Assembly (NCBI RefSeq): GCF_013315695.1
Contig: NZ_CP054353.1
Direction: 5' to 3' (one strand)
DNA: 64,000 nt
Source of the DNA: Escherichia coli
GTDB taxonomy: Bacteria; Pseudomonadota; Gammaproteobacteria; Enterobacterales; Enterobacteriaceae
A model generated the notes under the pieces. It was not told the DNA's origin. It ran no database searches and saw only the letters and a program-made list of their open reading frames with translations. The position numbers and the translations under genes were made by a program. This document shows, in pieces, positions 31,552 to 43,405 of this stretch (positions within the stretch are counted from its first letter, which is position 1; the number at the start of each line of letters is the position of its first letter).

Positions 31552-32577
31552 TTGAGTTTGATAATCTCACTTACCTCCACGGTAAACCGCAAGGCACCGG
31601 GCTGCTGAAAGCCAATCCGGAAGACTTTGTGGTGGTGGAAGATTTGGGCTTTGAGCCTGATGGTGAAGGTGAGCATATTCTGGTTAGAATCCTCAAAAAC
31701 GGCTGCAATACCCGTTTTGTGGCGGATGCACTGGCGAAATTCCTGAAAATTCATTCCCGTGAAGTCAGCTTCGCTGGGCAAAAAGACAAACATGCTGTTA
31801 CGGAACAGTGGTTATGCGCTCGCGTGCCGGGCAAAGAGATGCCCGATCTGAGCGCCTTTCAACTGGAAGGCTGCCAGGTGCTGGAGTATGCGCGGCACAA
31901 GCGCAAGCTGCGTTTAGGCGCGCTGAAAGGTAACGCCTTTACCCTGGTTCTGCGCGAAGTGAGCAATCGCGATGACGTTGAACAACGTCTGATCGATATT
32001 TGCGTAAAAGGTGTACCGAACTACTTCGGTGCCCAACGTTTTGGGATTGGCGGTAGCAACTTGCAGGGCGCGCTGCGCTGGGCGCAAACCAATACTCCGG
32101 TGCGCGATCGCAATAAACGGAGTTTTTGGTTGTCGGCAGCCCGCAGTGCGTTGTTTAATCAGATTGTTGCTGAGCGCCTCAAAAAAGCAGACGTTAATCA
32201 AGTTGTTGACGGCGATGCGCTACAATTAGCCGGACGTGGTAGCTGGTTTGTCGCAACCACCGAAGAACTGGTGGAATTACAGCGTCGCGTCAACGATAAA
32301 GAGCTGATGATAACCGCCGCATTGCCGGGCAGTGGCGAATGGGGAACTCAGCGTGAAGCGCTGGCATTCGAACAAGCAGCTGTCGCCGCAGAAACTGACT
32401 TACAAGCCTTACTGGTGCGCGAAAAAGTTGAAGCCGCGCGCAGAGCGATGCTGCTGTATCCGCAACAATTAAGCTGGAACTGGTGGGATGACGTCACCGT
32501 AGAAATCCGTTTCTGGCTTCCGGCGGGTAGTTTTGCAACCAGCGTTGTCAGGGAACTTATCAACACAACAGGTGATT

Positions 32578-32597
<20 letters not shown>
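31548..32597 (+). CDS. truD: tRNA pseudouridine(13) synthase
   Basis: 349-aa ORF; overlaps the ispF stop and the surE start. Confidence 0.9.
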
Positions 32598-33959
<1,362 letters not shown>

Positions 33960-34098
33960 AACGTGAGGAAATACCTGGATTTTTCCTGGTTATTTTGCCG
34001 CAGGTCAGCGTATCGTGAACATCTTTTCCAGTGTTCAGTATGGTGCCTTGCACGGTAATTATGTCACTGGTTATTAACCAATTTTTCCTGGGGGATAA

Positions 34099-35238
34099 AT
34101 GAGCGCGGGAAGCCCAAAATTCACCGTTCGCCGCATTGCGGCTTTGTCACTGGTTTCGCTATGGCTGGCAGGCTGTTCTGACACTTCAAATCCACCGGCC
34201 CCGGTCAGCTCCGTTAATGGCAATGCGCCTGCAAATACCAATTCTGGTATGTTGATTACGCCGCCGCCGAAAATGGGGACGACGTCTACAGCGCAGCAAC
34301 CGCAAATTCAGCCGGTACAGCAGCCACAAATTCAGGCCACTCAACAACCGCAAATCCAGCCGGTGCAGCCAGTAGCTCAGCAGCCGGTACAGATGGAAAA
34401 CGGACGCATCGTCTATAACCGTCAGTATGGGAACATTCCGAAAGGCAGTTATAGCGGCAGTACCTATACAGTGAAAAAAGGCGACACACTTTTCTATATC
34501 GCCTGGATTACTGGCAACGATTTCCGTGACCTTGCTCAGCGCAACAATATTCAGGCACCATACGCGCTGAACGTCGGTCAGACCTTACAGGTGGGGAATG
34601 CTTCCGGTACGCCAATCACTGGCGGAAATGCCATTACCCAGGCCGACGCAGCAGAGCAAGGAGTTGTGATCAAGCCTGCACAAAATTCCACCGTTGCTGT
34701 TGCTTCGCAACCGACAATTACGTATTCTGAGTCTTCGGGTGAACAGAGTGCTAACAAAATGTTGCCGAACAACAAGCCAACTGCGACCACGGTCACAGCG
34801 CCTGTAACGGTACCAACAGCAAGCACAACCGAGCCGACTGTCAGCAGTACATCAACCAGTACGCCTATCTCCACCTGGCGCTGGCCGACTGAGGGCAAAG
34901 TGATCGAAACCTTTGGCGCTTCTGAGGGGGGCAACAAGGGGATTGATATCGCAGGCAGCAAAGGACAGGCAATTATCGCGACTGCAGATGGCCGCGTTGT
35001 TTATGCCGGTAACGCGCTGCGCGGCTACGGTAATCTGATTATCATCAAACATAATGATGATTACCTGAGTGCCTACGCCCATAACGACACAATGCTGGTC
35101 CGGGAACAACAAGAAGTGAAGGCGGGGCAAAAAATAGCAACCATGGGTAGCACCGGAACCAGTTCAACACGCTTGCATTTTGAAATTCGTTACAAGGGGA
35201 AATCCGTAAACCCGCTGCGTTATTTGCCGCAGCGATAA
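34099..35238 (+). CDS. nlpD: Murein hydrolase activator lipoprotein NlpD (LysM plus M23 domains)
   Basis: 379-aa ORF with lipoprotein signal (LAGCS), a Q/P-rich repeat region, a LysM segment and a C-terminal M23 peptidase-like domain. Confidence 0.9.
   Translation: MSAGSPKFTVRRIAALSLVSLWLAGCSDTSNPPAPVSSVNGNAPANTNSGMLITPPPKMGTTSTAQQPQIQPVQQPQIQATQQPQIQPVQPVAQQPVQMENGRIVYNRQYGNIPKGSYSGSTYTVKKGDTLFYIAWITGNDFRDLAQRNNIQAPYALNVGQTLQVGNASGTPITGGNAITQADAAEQGVVIKPAQNSTVAVASQPTITYSESSGEQSANKMLPNNKPTATTVTAPVTVPTASTTEPTVSSTSTSTPISTWRWPTEGKVIETFGASEGGNKGIDIAGSKGQAIIATADGRVVYAGNALRGYGNLIIIKHNDDYLSAYAHNDTMLVREQQEVKAGQKIATMGSTGTSSTRLHFEIRYKGKSVNPLRYLPQR
34285..34395 (+). repeat. In-frame tandem repeat inside nlpD encoding QQPQIQP(V/A) units
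   Basis: About 3.5 near-identical 24-nt units (cagcaaccgcaaattcagccggta...) visible directly in the sequence. Confidence 0.5.
34700..34735 (+). promoter_or_regulatory. Major rpoS promoter located inside nlpD
   Basis: TTGCTT-N17-TATTCT (34700-34705 and 34723-34728) places the transcription start about 566 nt upstream of the rpoS ATG, matching the known long rpoS 5' UTR. Confidence 0.6.
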
Positions 35239-35300
35239 ATCGGCGGAACCAGGCTTTTGCTTGAATGTTCCGTCAAGGGATCACGGGTAGGAGCCACCTT

Positions 35301-36293
35301 ATGAGTCAGAATACGCTGAAAGTTCATGATTTAAATGAAGATGCGGAATTTGATGAGAACGGAGTTGAGGTTTTTGACGAAAAGGCCTTAGTAGAAGAGG
35401 AACCCAGTGATAACGATTTGGCCGAAGAGGAACTGTTATCGCAGGGAGCCACACAGCGTGTGCTGGACGCGACTCAGCTTTACCTTGGTGAGATTGGTTA
35501 TTCACCACTGTTAACGGCCGAAGAAGAAGTTTATTTTGCGCGTCGCGCACTGCGTGGAGATGTTGCCTCTCGCCGCCGGATGATCGAGAGTAACTTGCGT
35601 CTGGTGGTAAAAATTGCCCGCCGTTATGGCAATCGTGGTCTGGCGTTGCTGGATCTTATCGAAGAGGGCAACCTGGGGCTGATCCGCGCGGTAGAGAAGT
35701 TTGACCCGGAACGTGGTTTCCGCTTCTCAACATACGCAACCTGGTGGATTCGCCAGACGATCGAACGGGCGATTATGAACCAAACCCGTACTATTCGTTT
35801 GCCGATTCACATCGTAAAGGAGCTGAACGTTTACCTGCGAACCGCACGCGAGTTGTCCCATAAACTGGACCATGAACCAAGTGCGGAAGAGATCGCAGAG
35901 CAACTGGATAAGCCAGTTGATGACGTCAGCCGTATGCTTCGTCTTAACGAGCGCATTACCTCGGTAGACACCCCGCTGGGTGGTGATTCCGAAAAAGCGT
36001 TGCTGGACATCCTGGCCGATGAAAAAGAGAACGGTCCGGAAGATACCACGCAAGATGACGATATGAAGCAGAGCATCGTCAAATGGCTGTTCGAGCTGAA
36101 CGCCAAACAGCGTGAAGTGCTGGCACGTCGATTCGGTTTGCTGGGGTACGAAGCGGCAACACTGGAAGATGTAGGTCGTGAAATTGGCCTCACCCGTGAA
36201 CGTGTTCGCCAGATTCAGGTTGAAGGCCTGCGCCGTTTGCGCGAAATCCTGCAAACGCAGGGGCTGAATATCGAAGCGCTGTTCCGCGAGTAA
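35301..36293 (+). CDS. rpoS: RNA polymerase sigma factor RpoS (sigma-S/sigma-38)
   Basis: 330 aa starting [21 protein letters not shown]...; sigma-70 family regions 2-4; the track ORF from 35265 is over-extended. Confidence 0.95.
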   Translation: MSQNTLKVHDLNEDAEFDENGVEVFDEKALVEEEPSDNDLAEEELLSQGATQRVLDATQLYLGEIGYSPLLTAEEEVYFARRALRGDVASRRRMIESNLRLVVKIARRYGNRGLALLDLIEEGNLGLIRAVEKFDPERGFRFSTYATWWIRQTIERAIMNQTRTIRLPIHIVKELNVYLRTARELSHKLDHEPSAEEIAEQLDKPVDDVSRMLRLNERITSVDTPLGGDSEKALLDILADEKENGPEDTTQDDDMKQSIVKWLFELNAKQREVLARRFGLLGYEAATLEDVGREIGLTRERVRQIQVEGLRRLREILQTQGLNIEALFRE

Positions 36294-36310
36294 GTAAGCA
36301 TCTGTCATAA

Positions 36311-36345
36311 AGGCCAGTCTCTTATGAGGCTGGCCTTTTTCTTTT
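36311..36345. terminator. rpoS intrinsic terminator (possibly bidirectional)
   Basis: AGGCCAGTCT-CTTATG-AGGCTGGCCT hairpin followed by TTTTTCTTTT. Confidence 0.6.
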
Positions 36346-36413
36346 GTATGGGGAGTTGGTGTGTTTCGTCGCCTGGATAAGACACGTCAGCGTCCCATCC
36401 GGCAATCAACATC

Positions 36414-36821
36414 CTATTTGCTCATCATCTTGCGCACCAGCTGCATAAACAGCTCCTGCTCTTCTCCACTCAAACGCCCCAAAAATTCCTCATCCACACT
36501 GTCGCCAATCGGTATCGCCGCAGCAAGTACCTTTTCTCCTTCGGCAGTCAGCCAGACAAAGCGTCGCCGCTTATCAGCGGCGTCATGTTCACGTCTGACT
36601 AAGCCACGATTTTCCATTCTTGCCAACATTTCTGCCAGCGTTGCTTTGGTGCTGACTGCTGCTTCTATCAGTGCCACCTGTTCGATACCAGGCTTATCAG
36701 CAATGGCGCGCATCACCGCGTACTGTGGTTTGGTCAGGTCAGGTAACTCGTGCTGCCAGCGGGCCGTATGCTGCTGAAAAAGCTGTCGTAACTGATGGAA
36801 CGCTTTATTTCGTAACGCCAT
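36414..36821 (-). CDS. hosA: MarR/SlyA-family transcriptional regulator
   Basis: 135-aa ORF with a winged-helix MarR fold (TKPQYAVMRAIADKPGIEQVALIEAAVSTKATLAEMLARMENRGLV); divergent from the decarboxylase genes. Symbol from memory of the E. coli rpoS-mutS variable region. Confidence 0.75.
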   Translation of the reverse strand: MALRNKAFHQLRQLFQQHTARWQHELPDLTKPQYAVMRAIADKPGIEQVALIEAAVSTKATLAEMLARMENRGLVRREHDAADKRRRFVWLTAEGEKVLAAAIPIGDSVDEEFLGRLSGEEQELFMQLVRKMMSK

Positions 36822-36936
36822 GTAAACTCCGGGCTAATTCTCTGTCGCTATCATAGCGGTTTTTCAGTGACGAAGAAGATGTTGTTACTTTTCAATCCTT
36901 GCCGCTGTGGAAATGAAGGAGTATGTTAATAATAAC

Positions 36937-36950
36937 GTTCGTATACGAAC
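36937..36950. promoter_or_regulatory. Perfect 14-bp palindrome, candidate MarR-family operator
   Basis: GTTCGTATACGAAC lies 18 bp upstream of the ecdB start codon in the hosA/ecdB divergent region. Confidence 0.4.
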
Positions 36951-36967
36951 AATTAAGAGAGTAAGCA

Positions 36968-37561
36968 ATGAAACTGATCGTCGGGATGACAGGGGCTACC
37001 GGTGCGCCTCTTGGTGTGGCATTACTGCAAGCGCTGCGGGAGATGCCGAATGTCGAGACTCATCTGGTGATGTCGACGTGGGCGAAAACCACCATTGAAC
37101 TGGAAACGCCTTACAGCGCTCGCGATGTTGCTGCCCTCGCAGACTTCAGCCATAACTCGGCGGATCAGGCGGCGACCATCTCCTCAGGTTCCTTTCGTAC
37201 CGACGGCATGATCGTTATTCCGTGCAGTATGAAAACGCTCGCCGGTATCCGTGCCGGTTACGCCGATGGCCTGGTAGGGCGCGCGGCGGACGTCGTGCTC
37301 AAAGAAGGCCGCAAACTGGTGCTGGTGCCGCGTGAAATGCCGCTTAGCACCATCCATCTCGAAAATATGCTCGCACTTTCGCGCATGGGCGTGGCGATGG
37401 TGCCGCCGATGCCTGCCTTTTATAACCATCCCGAAACGGTAGATGACATTGTCCAGCACGTGGTAGCCCGCGTGCTGGATCAATTTGGCCTCGAACATCC
37501 TCACGCCAGGCGCTGGCAAGGATTGTCGCAGACCCGGAATTTTTCTCAGGAGAATGAATAA
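36968..37561 (+). CDS. ecdB: UbiX-like flavin prenyltransferase (prenyl-FMN synthase), decarboxylase subunit B
   Basis: 197-aa ORF MKLIVGMTGATGAPLGV... with UbiX/Pad1 flavoprotein signature. Confidence 0.85.
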   Translation: MKLIVGMTGATGAPLGVALLQALREMPNVETHLVMSTWAKTTIELETPYSARDVAALADFSHNSADQAATISSGSFRTDGMIVIPCSMKTLAGIRAGYADGLVGRAADVVLKEGRKLVLVPREMPLSTIHLENMLALSRMGVAMVPPMPAFYNHPETVDDIVQHVVARVLDQFGLEHPHARRWQGLSQTRNFSQENE

Positions 37562-38988
37562 TGGCATTTGATGATTTACGCAGCTTTTTACAGGCGCTCG
37601 ACGACCATGGGCAATTGCTGAAAATCAGCGAAGAGGTGAACGCAGAACCGGATCTGGCAGCCGCAGCCAACGCCACCGGGCGTATCGGCGACGGCGCGCC
37701 AGCGCTGTGGTTTGATAATATTCGCGGCTTTACCGATGCCCGCGTGGCGATGAACACCATCGGTTCCTGGCAGAACCACGCGATTTCCCTCGGCCTGCCG
37801 CCAAATACCCCGGTTAAAAAACAGATCGATGAGTTTATCCGCCGCTGGGACAACTTCCCGATTGCCCCGGAACGCCGAGCCAATCCAGCCTGGGCGCAGA
37901 ACACCGTCGATGGAGACGAGATCAACCTGTTCGATATCCTGCCGCTGTTTCGTTTAAACGATGGCGATGGCGGTTTCTATCTCGACAAAGCGTGCGTGGT
38001 TTCCCGCGATCCGCTTGATCCGGATAACTTCGGCAAGCAGAACGTCGGTATCTACCGCATGGAAGTGAAGGGCAAACGTAAGCTCGGCCTGCAACCGGTG
38101 CCGATGCACGATATCGCCCTGCATCTGCATAAAGCGGAAGAGCGCGGTGAAGATCTGCCGATTGCGATCACCCTCGGTAACGATCCGATCATCACGCTGA
38201 TGGGGGCCACGCCGCTGAAATATGATCAGTCCGAGTACGAAATGGCAGGCGCGCTGCGTGAAAGCCCGTACCCGATCGCCACCGCCCCGCTGACTGGTTT
38301 TGATGTGCCGTGGGGTTCAGAAGTGATCCTCGAAGGGGTTATCGAAAGTCGTAAACGTGAGATCGAAGGGCCGTTCGGTGAGTTTACCGGCCACTACTCC
38401 GGTGGGCGCAACATGACCGTGGTGCGCATCGATAAAGTCTCTTACCGCACGAAACCGATTTTCGAATCGCTGTACCTCGGCATGCCGTGGACGGAAATCG
38501 ACTATCTGATGGGGCCAGCCACCTGCGTGCCGCTGTATCAGCAACTGAAAGCCGAGTTCCCGGAAGTGCAGGCGGTGAACGCCATGTACACCCACGGCCT
38601 GCTGGCGATTATCTCCACCAAAAAACGCTACGGTGGCTTTGCCCGCGCGGTGGGCCTGCGTGCGATGACCACGCCGCACGGTCTGGGCTATGTGAAGATG
38701 GTGATTATGGTCGATGAAGACGTTGATCCGTTCAACCTGCCGCAGGTGATGTGGGCGCTCTCCTCGAAAGTGAACCCGGCAGGGGATTTGGTGCAGTTGC
38801 CGAATATGTCCGTGCTGGAACTCGACCCAGGCTCAAGCCCGGCGGGGATCACCGACAAGCTGATTATCGACGCCACCACGCCTGTCGCCCCGGACAACCG
38901 TGGTCACTACAGTCAGCCGGTGGTGGATTTACCGGAAACCAAAGCCTGGGCTGAAAAACTGACCGCTATGCTGGCCGCACGTCAATAA
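37561..38988 (+). CDS. ecdC: UbiD-family (prenyl-FMN-dependent) aromatic acid decarboxylase subunit C
   Basis: 475-aa UbiD-family ORF; start overlaps the ecdB stop. Confidence 0.85.
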   Translation: MAFDDLRSFLQALDDHGQLLKISEEVNAEPDLAAAANATGRIGDGAPALWFDNIRGFTDARVAMNTIGSWQNHAISLGLPPNTPVKKQIDEFIRRWDNFPIAPERRANPAWAQNTVDGDEINLFDILPLFRLNDGDGGFYLDKACVVSRDPLDPDNFGKQNVGIYRMEVKGKRKLGLQPVPMHDIALHLHKAEERGEDLPIAITLGNDPIITLMGATPLKYDQSEYEMAGALRESPYPIATAPLTGFDVPWGSEVILEGVIESRKREIEGPFGEFTGHYSGGRNMTVVRIDKVSYRTKPIFESLYLGMPWTEIDYLMGPATCVPLYQQLKAEFPEVQAVNAMYTHGLLAIISTKKRYGGFARAVGLRAMTTPHGLGYVKMVIMVDEDVDPFNLPQVMWALSSKVNPAGDLVQLPNMSVLELDPGSSPAGITDKLIIDATTPVAPDNRGHYSQPVVDLPETKAWAEKLTAMLAARQ

Positions 38989-38998
38989 GGAGAACAAG

Positions 38999-39235
38999 AT
39001 GATTTGTCCACGTTGTGCTGATGAACAGATTGAAGTGATGGCGAAATCGCCGGTAAAAGATGTCTGGACGGTCTACCAGTGCCAGCATTGCCTCTATACC
39101 TGGCGCGATACCGAACCGCTGCGCCGCACCAGCCGCGAACATTATCCCGAAGCGTTCCGCATGACGCAGAAAGATATTGATGACGCGCCGATGGTGCCGA
39201 GCATCCCGCCGCTGCTGGCGGAAGGTAAGCGCTAA
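38999..39235 (+). CDS. ecdD: Small zinc-ribbon decarboxylase subunit D
   Basis: 78-aa ORF with CPRC...CQHC cysteine pairs; last gene of the ecdBCD-type operon. Confidence 0.75.
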   Translation: MICPRCADEQIEVMAKSPVKDVWTVYQCQHCLYTWRDTEPLRRTSREHYPEAFRMTQKDIDDAPMVPSIPPLLAEGKR

Positions 39236-39240
39236 ATAAA

Positions 39241-39268
39241 AGGTCCGATGCCCATCGGACCTTTTTAT
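39241..39268. terminator. Bidirectional terminator between convergent ecdD and ygbN
   Basis: AAAA-GGTCCGATG-cc-CATCGGACC-TTTTT: 9-bp stem flanked by A and T runs. Confidence 0.6.
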
Positions 39269-39273
39269 TAAGG

Positions 39274-40638
39274 TCAAATTACCGCCCATACGCACCAGGT
39301 AATTAAGAATCCGGTAAAACCGAGAATGGTCGTTAACACTGTCCAGGTTTTCAGACCGTCTGCTACCGACAACCCCAGATATTTGGTCACAATCCAGAAC
39401 CCTGAGTCATTAATATGTGACGCGCCAAGCCCACCAAAGCAGGCTGCCAGCGTCACCAATACGCACTGAATCGGATTCAATCCCATCACCGCTTCTGAGA
39501 GTAACCCGCCGGTTGTCAGGATTGCTACGGTTGCTGACCCCTGCGATGCACGCAGCGCCAGTGAAATAATAAATGCGGCTGGTAACAGAGGCAGGTCAAT
39601 CATTTGTAGCATGTTGGCAAGGGCTTTGCCGACGCCCGATTCCACCAGCACTTTGCCAAATACCCCTCCAGCACCAGTAACCAAAATCACTACCGCCGCG
39701 GTGGGAAGGGCTGAGCCCATAATGTCGCTGGTGTGTTGTAAGCTCCAGCCGCGACGTAAAGCCAATAACCAGAATGCCAGCACCAGCGCAATCATTAGAG
39801 CTACCATTGGTGAGCCGATCAGCTGTAGCGTACCAAGCAGGGGATGCGAAGGCGGCATCAGTGTTGCGGAAACCGTACCCGCCATGATAATCGCGATAGG
39901 AATAACAATTAGCGAGGTGACCAGCGCGACGCCCGGTGGATTTATTTTATCGCTTAATTTTGTCGCGCCTTCCTCACTGGCCGGAGCCAGTTGCATCTGT
40001 TCCAGTACTTCCACCGACATCGCATATTGGCGCTTATTGATTATTTTCGCTGCAAAGTAGCCAACAATCCCTACGGGAATAGAAATCGCAATACCGATGA
40101 TGGTTAGCCAGCCGATGTCTGCGTGGAGTAACCCCGCTGCGGCGACAGGGCCTGGATGCGGCGGTACCGCCACATGAACAGTTAGCATGATTCCAGCGAC
40201 AGGCAGGCCAAATTTGAGTGGCGATATTTTGGCAACCTTGGCAAAACCGTAAATGATTGGCGCAAGAATAATAAAGCCGACATCAAAGAAGACGGGGATA
40301 CCGAGGAAGAACGCTGCCAGAGTCAGCGCAGCGATAGTTCGTTTGTCACCTAACTTGCGACTGAAATAATTAGCCAGTGACTCTGCACCACCAGAGTGTT
40401 CGATCATACGCCCCAGCATAGCGCCCAGACCAATAATAATAGTGACGGAACCAAGCACACCGCCCATCCCGGCGATCATCACTTTACCCACTTCGCCCGC
40501 CGGTATACCCGCCGCAAGTGCGACTAACAGGCTGACGAGGAGCAGAGCAACGAATGGTTGTACCTTTGCCTTGATGACCAGCAGCAACAGCATGATTACG
40601 CCAGTTAACGCAATGCATAACAATGTAATTGTGGACAT
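39274..40638 (-). CDS. ygbN: GntP-family permease
   Basis: 454-aa hydrophobic ORF with GntP-family topology; first gene of the minus-strand ygbJKLMN cluster. Confidence 0.85.
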   Translation of the reverse strand: MSTITLLCIALTGVIMLLLLVIKAKVQPFVALLLVSLLVALAAGIPAGEVGKVMIAGMGGVLGSVTIIIGLGAMLGRMIEHSGGAESLANYFSRKLGDKRTIAALTLAAFFLGIPVFFDVGFIILAPIIYGFAKVAKISPLKFGLPVAGIMLTVHVAVPPHPGPVAAAGLLHADIGWLTIIGIAISIPVGIVGYFAAKIINKRQYAMSVEVLEQMQLAPASEEGATKLSDKINPPGVALVTSLIVIPIAIIMAGTVSATLMPPSHPLLGTLQLIGSPMVALMIALVLAFWLLALRRGWSLQHTSDIMGSALPTAAVVILVTGAGGVFGKVLVESGVGKALANMLQMIDLPLLPAAFIISLALRASQGSATVAILTTGGLLSEAVMGLNPIQCVLVTLAACFGGLGASHINDSGFWIVTKYLGLSVADGLKTWTVLTTILGFTGFLITWCVWAVI

Positions 40639-40726
40639 GGGAAACCCTGTCTGAAAGTTATAGTTAACCTACCCCATCCGTAGATGGGGGGATGTATGGG
40701 TACGTTGTAATTAGGGATTTAACGAA

Positions 40727-41503
40727 TTAGCGCCAGGCGTCAAACCAGCCAAGCCCTTCTTCGGTGAGGCCACGAGGTTTATATTCACAACCGATCCAGC
40801 CCTGATATCCCACCTCATCGAACAGGCGGAACAGCCACGGATAGTTGATTTCTCCATCGTCCGGTTCATGTCGATCAGGTAGTCCGGCAATTTGTACGTG
40901 CGCATATTTCCCGGCGTAGTCGCGGATTAAATGCGTCAGGTTGCCATCTACTTTTTGCGCATGAAAAGTATCTAGTTGAATAAACACGTTATCTCGCGCA
41001 ACTTCTTCAACAATAGCCAGTGCCTGATACTGGCTGGAGAAGAGATAATGAGGCTTAACGCCGGGGCTGAGTGCTTCAACTAATATTCGCTTGCCGTGTG
41101 GCGCAAAGCGGTCGGCAGCGTAGCGGAGATTATCGATAAATACTGCCCTGTACCGTTCAGCATCTTCGCCAGCGGGCACGACGCCTGCCATCACATGGAC
41201 TTGTTCACAATTGAGCGCCAATGCATATTCCAGTGCCAGGTCGATGTCTGCGTGTGCTTCGTGCTCACGTCCGGGAAGGGCGGATAATCCCCATTCCCCC
41301 GCATTAATATCTCCGGGAGCGGTATTGAACAGCGCCAGTGTCAGATGGTTTTGCTCCAGTTGCTTTTGGATTTGCAGGGTGGAGTAGTTATAGGGAAACA
41401 GAAATTCCACAGCATCGAACCCGGCTTTTCGCGCTGCGGCGAAGCGTTCAATAAAAGGCACTTCGGTGAACATCATGGATAAATTAGCTGCAAAACGAGG
41501 CAT
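40727..41503 (-). CDS. ygbM: Hydroxypyruvate isomerase-like TIM-barrel isomerase (2-oxo-tetronate isomerase type)
   Basis: 258-aa [32 protein letters not shown]..., xylose-isomerase-like fold. Confidence 0.8.
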   Translation of the reverse strand: MPRFAANLSMMFTEVPFIERFAAARKAGFDAVEFLFPYNYSTLQIQKQLEQNHLTLALFNTAPGDINAGEWGLSALPGREHEAHADIDLALEYALALNCEQVHVMAGVVPAGEDAERYRAVFIDNLRYAADRFAPHGKRILVEALSPGVKPHYLFSSQYQALAIVEEVARDNVFIQLDTFHAQKVDGNLTHLIRDYAGKYAHVQIAGLPDRHEPDDGEINYPWLFRLFDEVGYQGWIGCEYKPRGLTEEGLGWFDAWR

Positions 41504-41507
41504 TGCA

Positions 41508-42146
41508 TTAACTCCTTAATTCCGCAATTTCACCTGCGGTCAGATAACGGATCGGGCGGTCACCGAGAATAAAAATCAGCTTTGCCGTTTCCTCCAGCTC
41601 TTCCATATTGTTGGCGGCTTCTTGCAGGCTTTCACCGCAAACCACTGGGCCATGATTTGCCAGTAAAAAAGCCTGATTGTCTGCTGCCAGTTCCGCCAGA
41701 TCCTGTGCGATGCGTTTATCGCCCGGTCGGTAATAAGGCACCAGCGGGATATTTCCCATCCGCATCACCACGTATGGTGTGAACGGACGAATAACGTTGC
41801 TGCTGTCCAGCCCTTGCAGGCAGGAAAGCGCCGTCGACCATGTGCTGTGCAAATGCACCACCGCTTTACAGCGCGGATTGTTGCGATACAGCGCCAGATG
41901 AAAGAGCACCTCTTTCGAGGGTTTGTCACCACTTAACCATTCGCCATCCGCGGCGACTTTGGAAAGCCGCTGCGGATCGAGATTGCCCAGGCATGAACCT
42001 GTCGGTGTCGCCAGTAAATTCCCGTCAGGTAAAAGCAGCGACAGATTGCCAGCCGAACCGGTTGCATAGCCGCGCTGAAAGAATGAACTGGCAATCCGCG
42101 TCATCTCCTCTCGCAAAGACTGCTCTACTTTTGCGAAATCGCTCAT
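41508..42146 (-). CDS. ygbL: Class II aldolase/adducin-family protein (3-oxo-tetronate 4-phosphate decarboxylase type)
   Basis: 212-aa ORF in the class II aldolase family; overlaps the ygbK stop. Confidence 0.8.
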   Translation of the reverse strand: MSDFAKVEQSLREEMTRIASSFFQRGYATGSAGNLSLLLPDGNLLATPTGSCLGNLDPQRLSKVAADGEWLSGDKPSKEVLFHLALYRNNPRCKAVVHLHSTWSTALSCLQGLDSSNVIRPFTPYVVMRMGNIPLVPYYRPGDKRIAQDLAELAADNQAFLLANHGPVVCGESLQEAANNMEELEETAKLIFILGDRPIRYLTAGEIAELRS

Positions 42147-43405
42147 GATAAAAACTCTCTTTGGGCTCGTGAAAAAAAGGCTTCATCACCGAAGTTGCCA
42201 GATTTAAGGGCGAGTGAGACAGGCTTATCCAGTGCGTTTACCCACGGCACGCCAGGGGAAATGGTTGGGCCAATATGAAACCCTTTTATTCCCAGGCTCT
42301 GTGTGACTACGCCGGAGGTCTCACCGCCTGCGACAATAAAGCGTGTCACGCCTTCCGCTGCTAACCGCGCCGCTAGTTGAGAAAACAGTGTTTCTACTGC
42401 CTGACTGGCTTTTTGTGCACCGTATTGCTGTTGAATTGCTGCCAATGCGTCAGTGCTTGCGGTGGCAAAAACCAGTGGAGCAAGTACACTTTCCTGGCCC
42501 AGAACCCACTCTGCCAGTTCGTGTGCATAAGCGGCCAGAGTTTCAATTGAGAGGCAGCGTGCCACATCAACTTCACGGGCTGGTGCAATTTGACGGTAAT
42601 GTGCTACCTGGCGGTTGGTCATTTGAGAGCATGAACCGGAGAGCACTACGCCGCGCCCAGCGAGCGGATGCCCTGCTTTGCGAGCCTGGTTACCGTTTTC
42701 TTGCGCCCACTGCCGGGCAAGGCCAATCGCCAGACCAGAACCGCCCGTTACCAGTGGGGCATCGCGCAAGGCTTCTCCCTGAATTTCCAGATGGTATTCG
42801 GTCAGCGCATCAAGCACCGCGTAGCGGTAGCCCTCTTGCTGTAAGCGAGCCAGCTCTTGACGAACGGCATCCACACCTTGTTCGAAAACATGTGCCGAAA
42901 CGACGCCGCAGCGCCCTGTGGATTGCGCTTCAACCAGACGGGGAAGATAGCTGTCGGTCATGGGATTTACCGGGTGATGGCGCATCCCGGATTCGGCCAG
43001 CAGTTGATTCATTACGAACAAATACCCCTGATAAACCGTACGTCCGTTGACCGGCAGGGCCGGAGAGAAGACCGTAAACGGCGTGTCGAGAGCATCCATT
43101 AATGCATCGGTAACCGGGCCGATATTACCTTTCGCCGTACTGTCGAAAGTAGAGCAGTATTTGAAATAGATCTGTTTGCAACCTTGCTGTTGCAACCAGC
43201 TCAGAGCCGCCAGCGATTGCTGTGTGGCTTCAACCACCGGACAGGAACGCGTTTTCAGGCTGATCACCAGTGCGTCGATTGCTTCCGGCATTTTACCTGT
43301 TGGAACACCGTTAATTTGTACCGTTGGTAGACCGTTTTCCACCAGAAAACTGGCGATATCCGTCGCGCCGGTAAAATCATCGGCGATAACGCCAATCTTG
43401 ATCAT
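42143..43405 (-). CDS. ygbK: Four-carbon acid sugar kinase (3-oxo-tetronate kinase type)
   Basis: 420-aa ORF MIKIGVIADDFTGATD... (DUF1537/DUF2090-type kinase); ATGA overlap with ygbJ. Confidence 0.8.
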   Translation of the reverse strand: MIKIGVIADDFTGATDIASFLVENGLPTVQINGVPTGKMPEAIDALVISLKTRSCPVVEATQQSLAALSWLQQQGCKQIYFKYCSTFDSTAKGNIGPVTDALMDALDTPFTVFSPALPVNGRTVYQGYLFVMNQLLAESGMRHHPVNPMTDSYLPRLVEAQSTGRCGVVSAHVFEQGVDAVRQELARLQQEGYRYAVLDALTEYHLEIQGEALRDAPLVTGGSGLAIGLARQWAQENGNQARKAGHPLAGRGVVLSGSCSQMTNRQVAHYRQIAPAREVDVARCLSIETLAAYAHELAEWVLGQESVLAPLVFATASTDALAAIQQQYGAQKASQAVETLFSQLAARLAAEGVTRFIVAGGETSGVVTQSLGIKGFHIGPTISPGVPWVNALDKPVSLALKSGNFGDEAFFSRAQREFLS

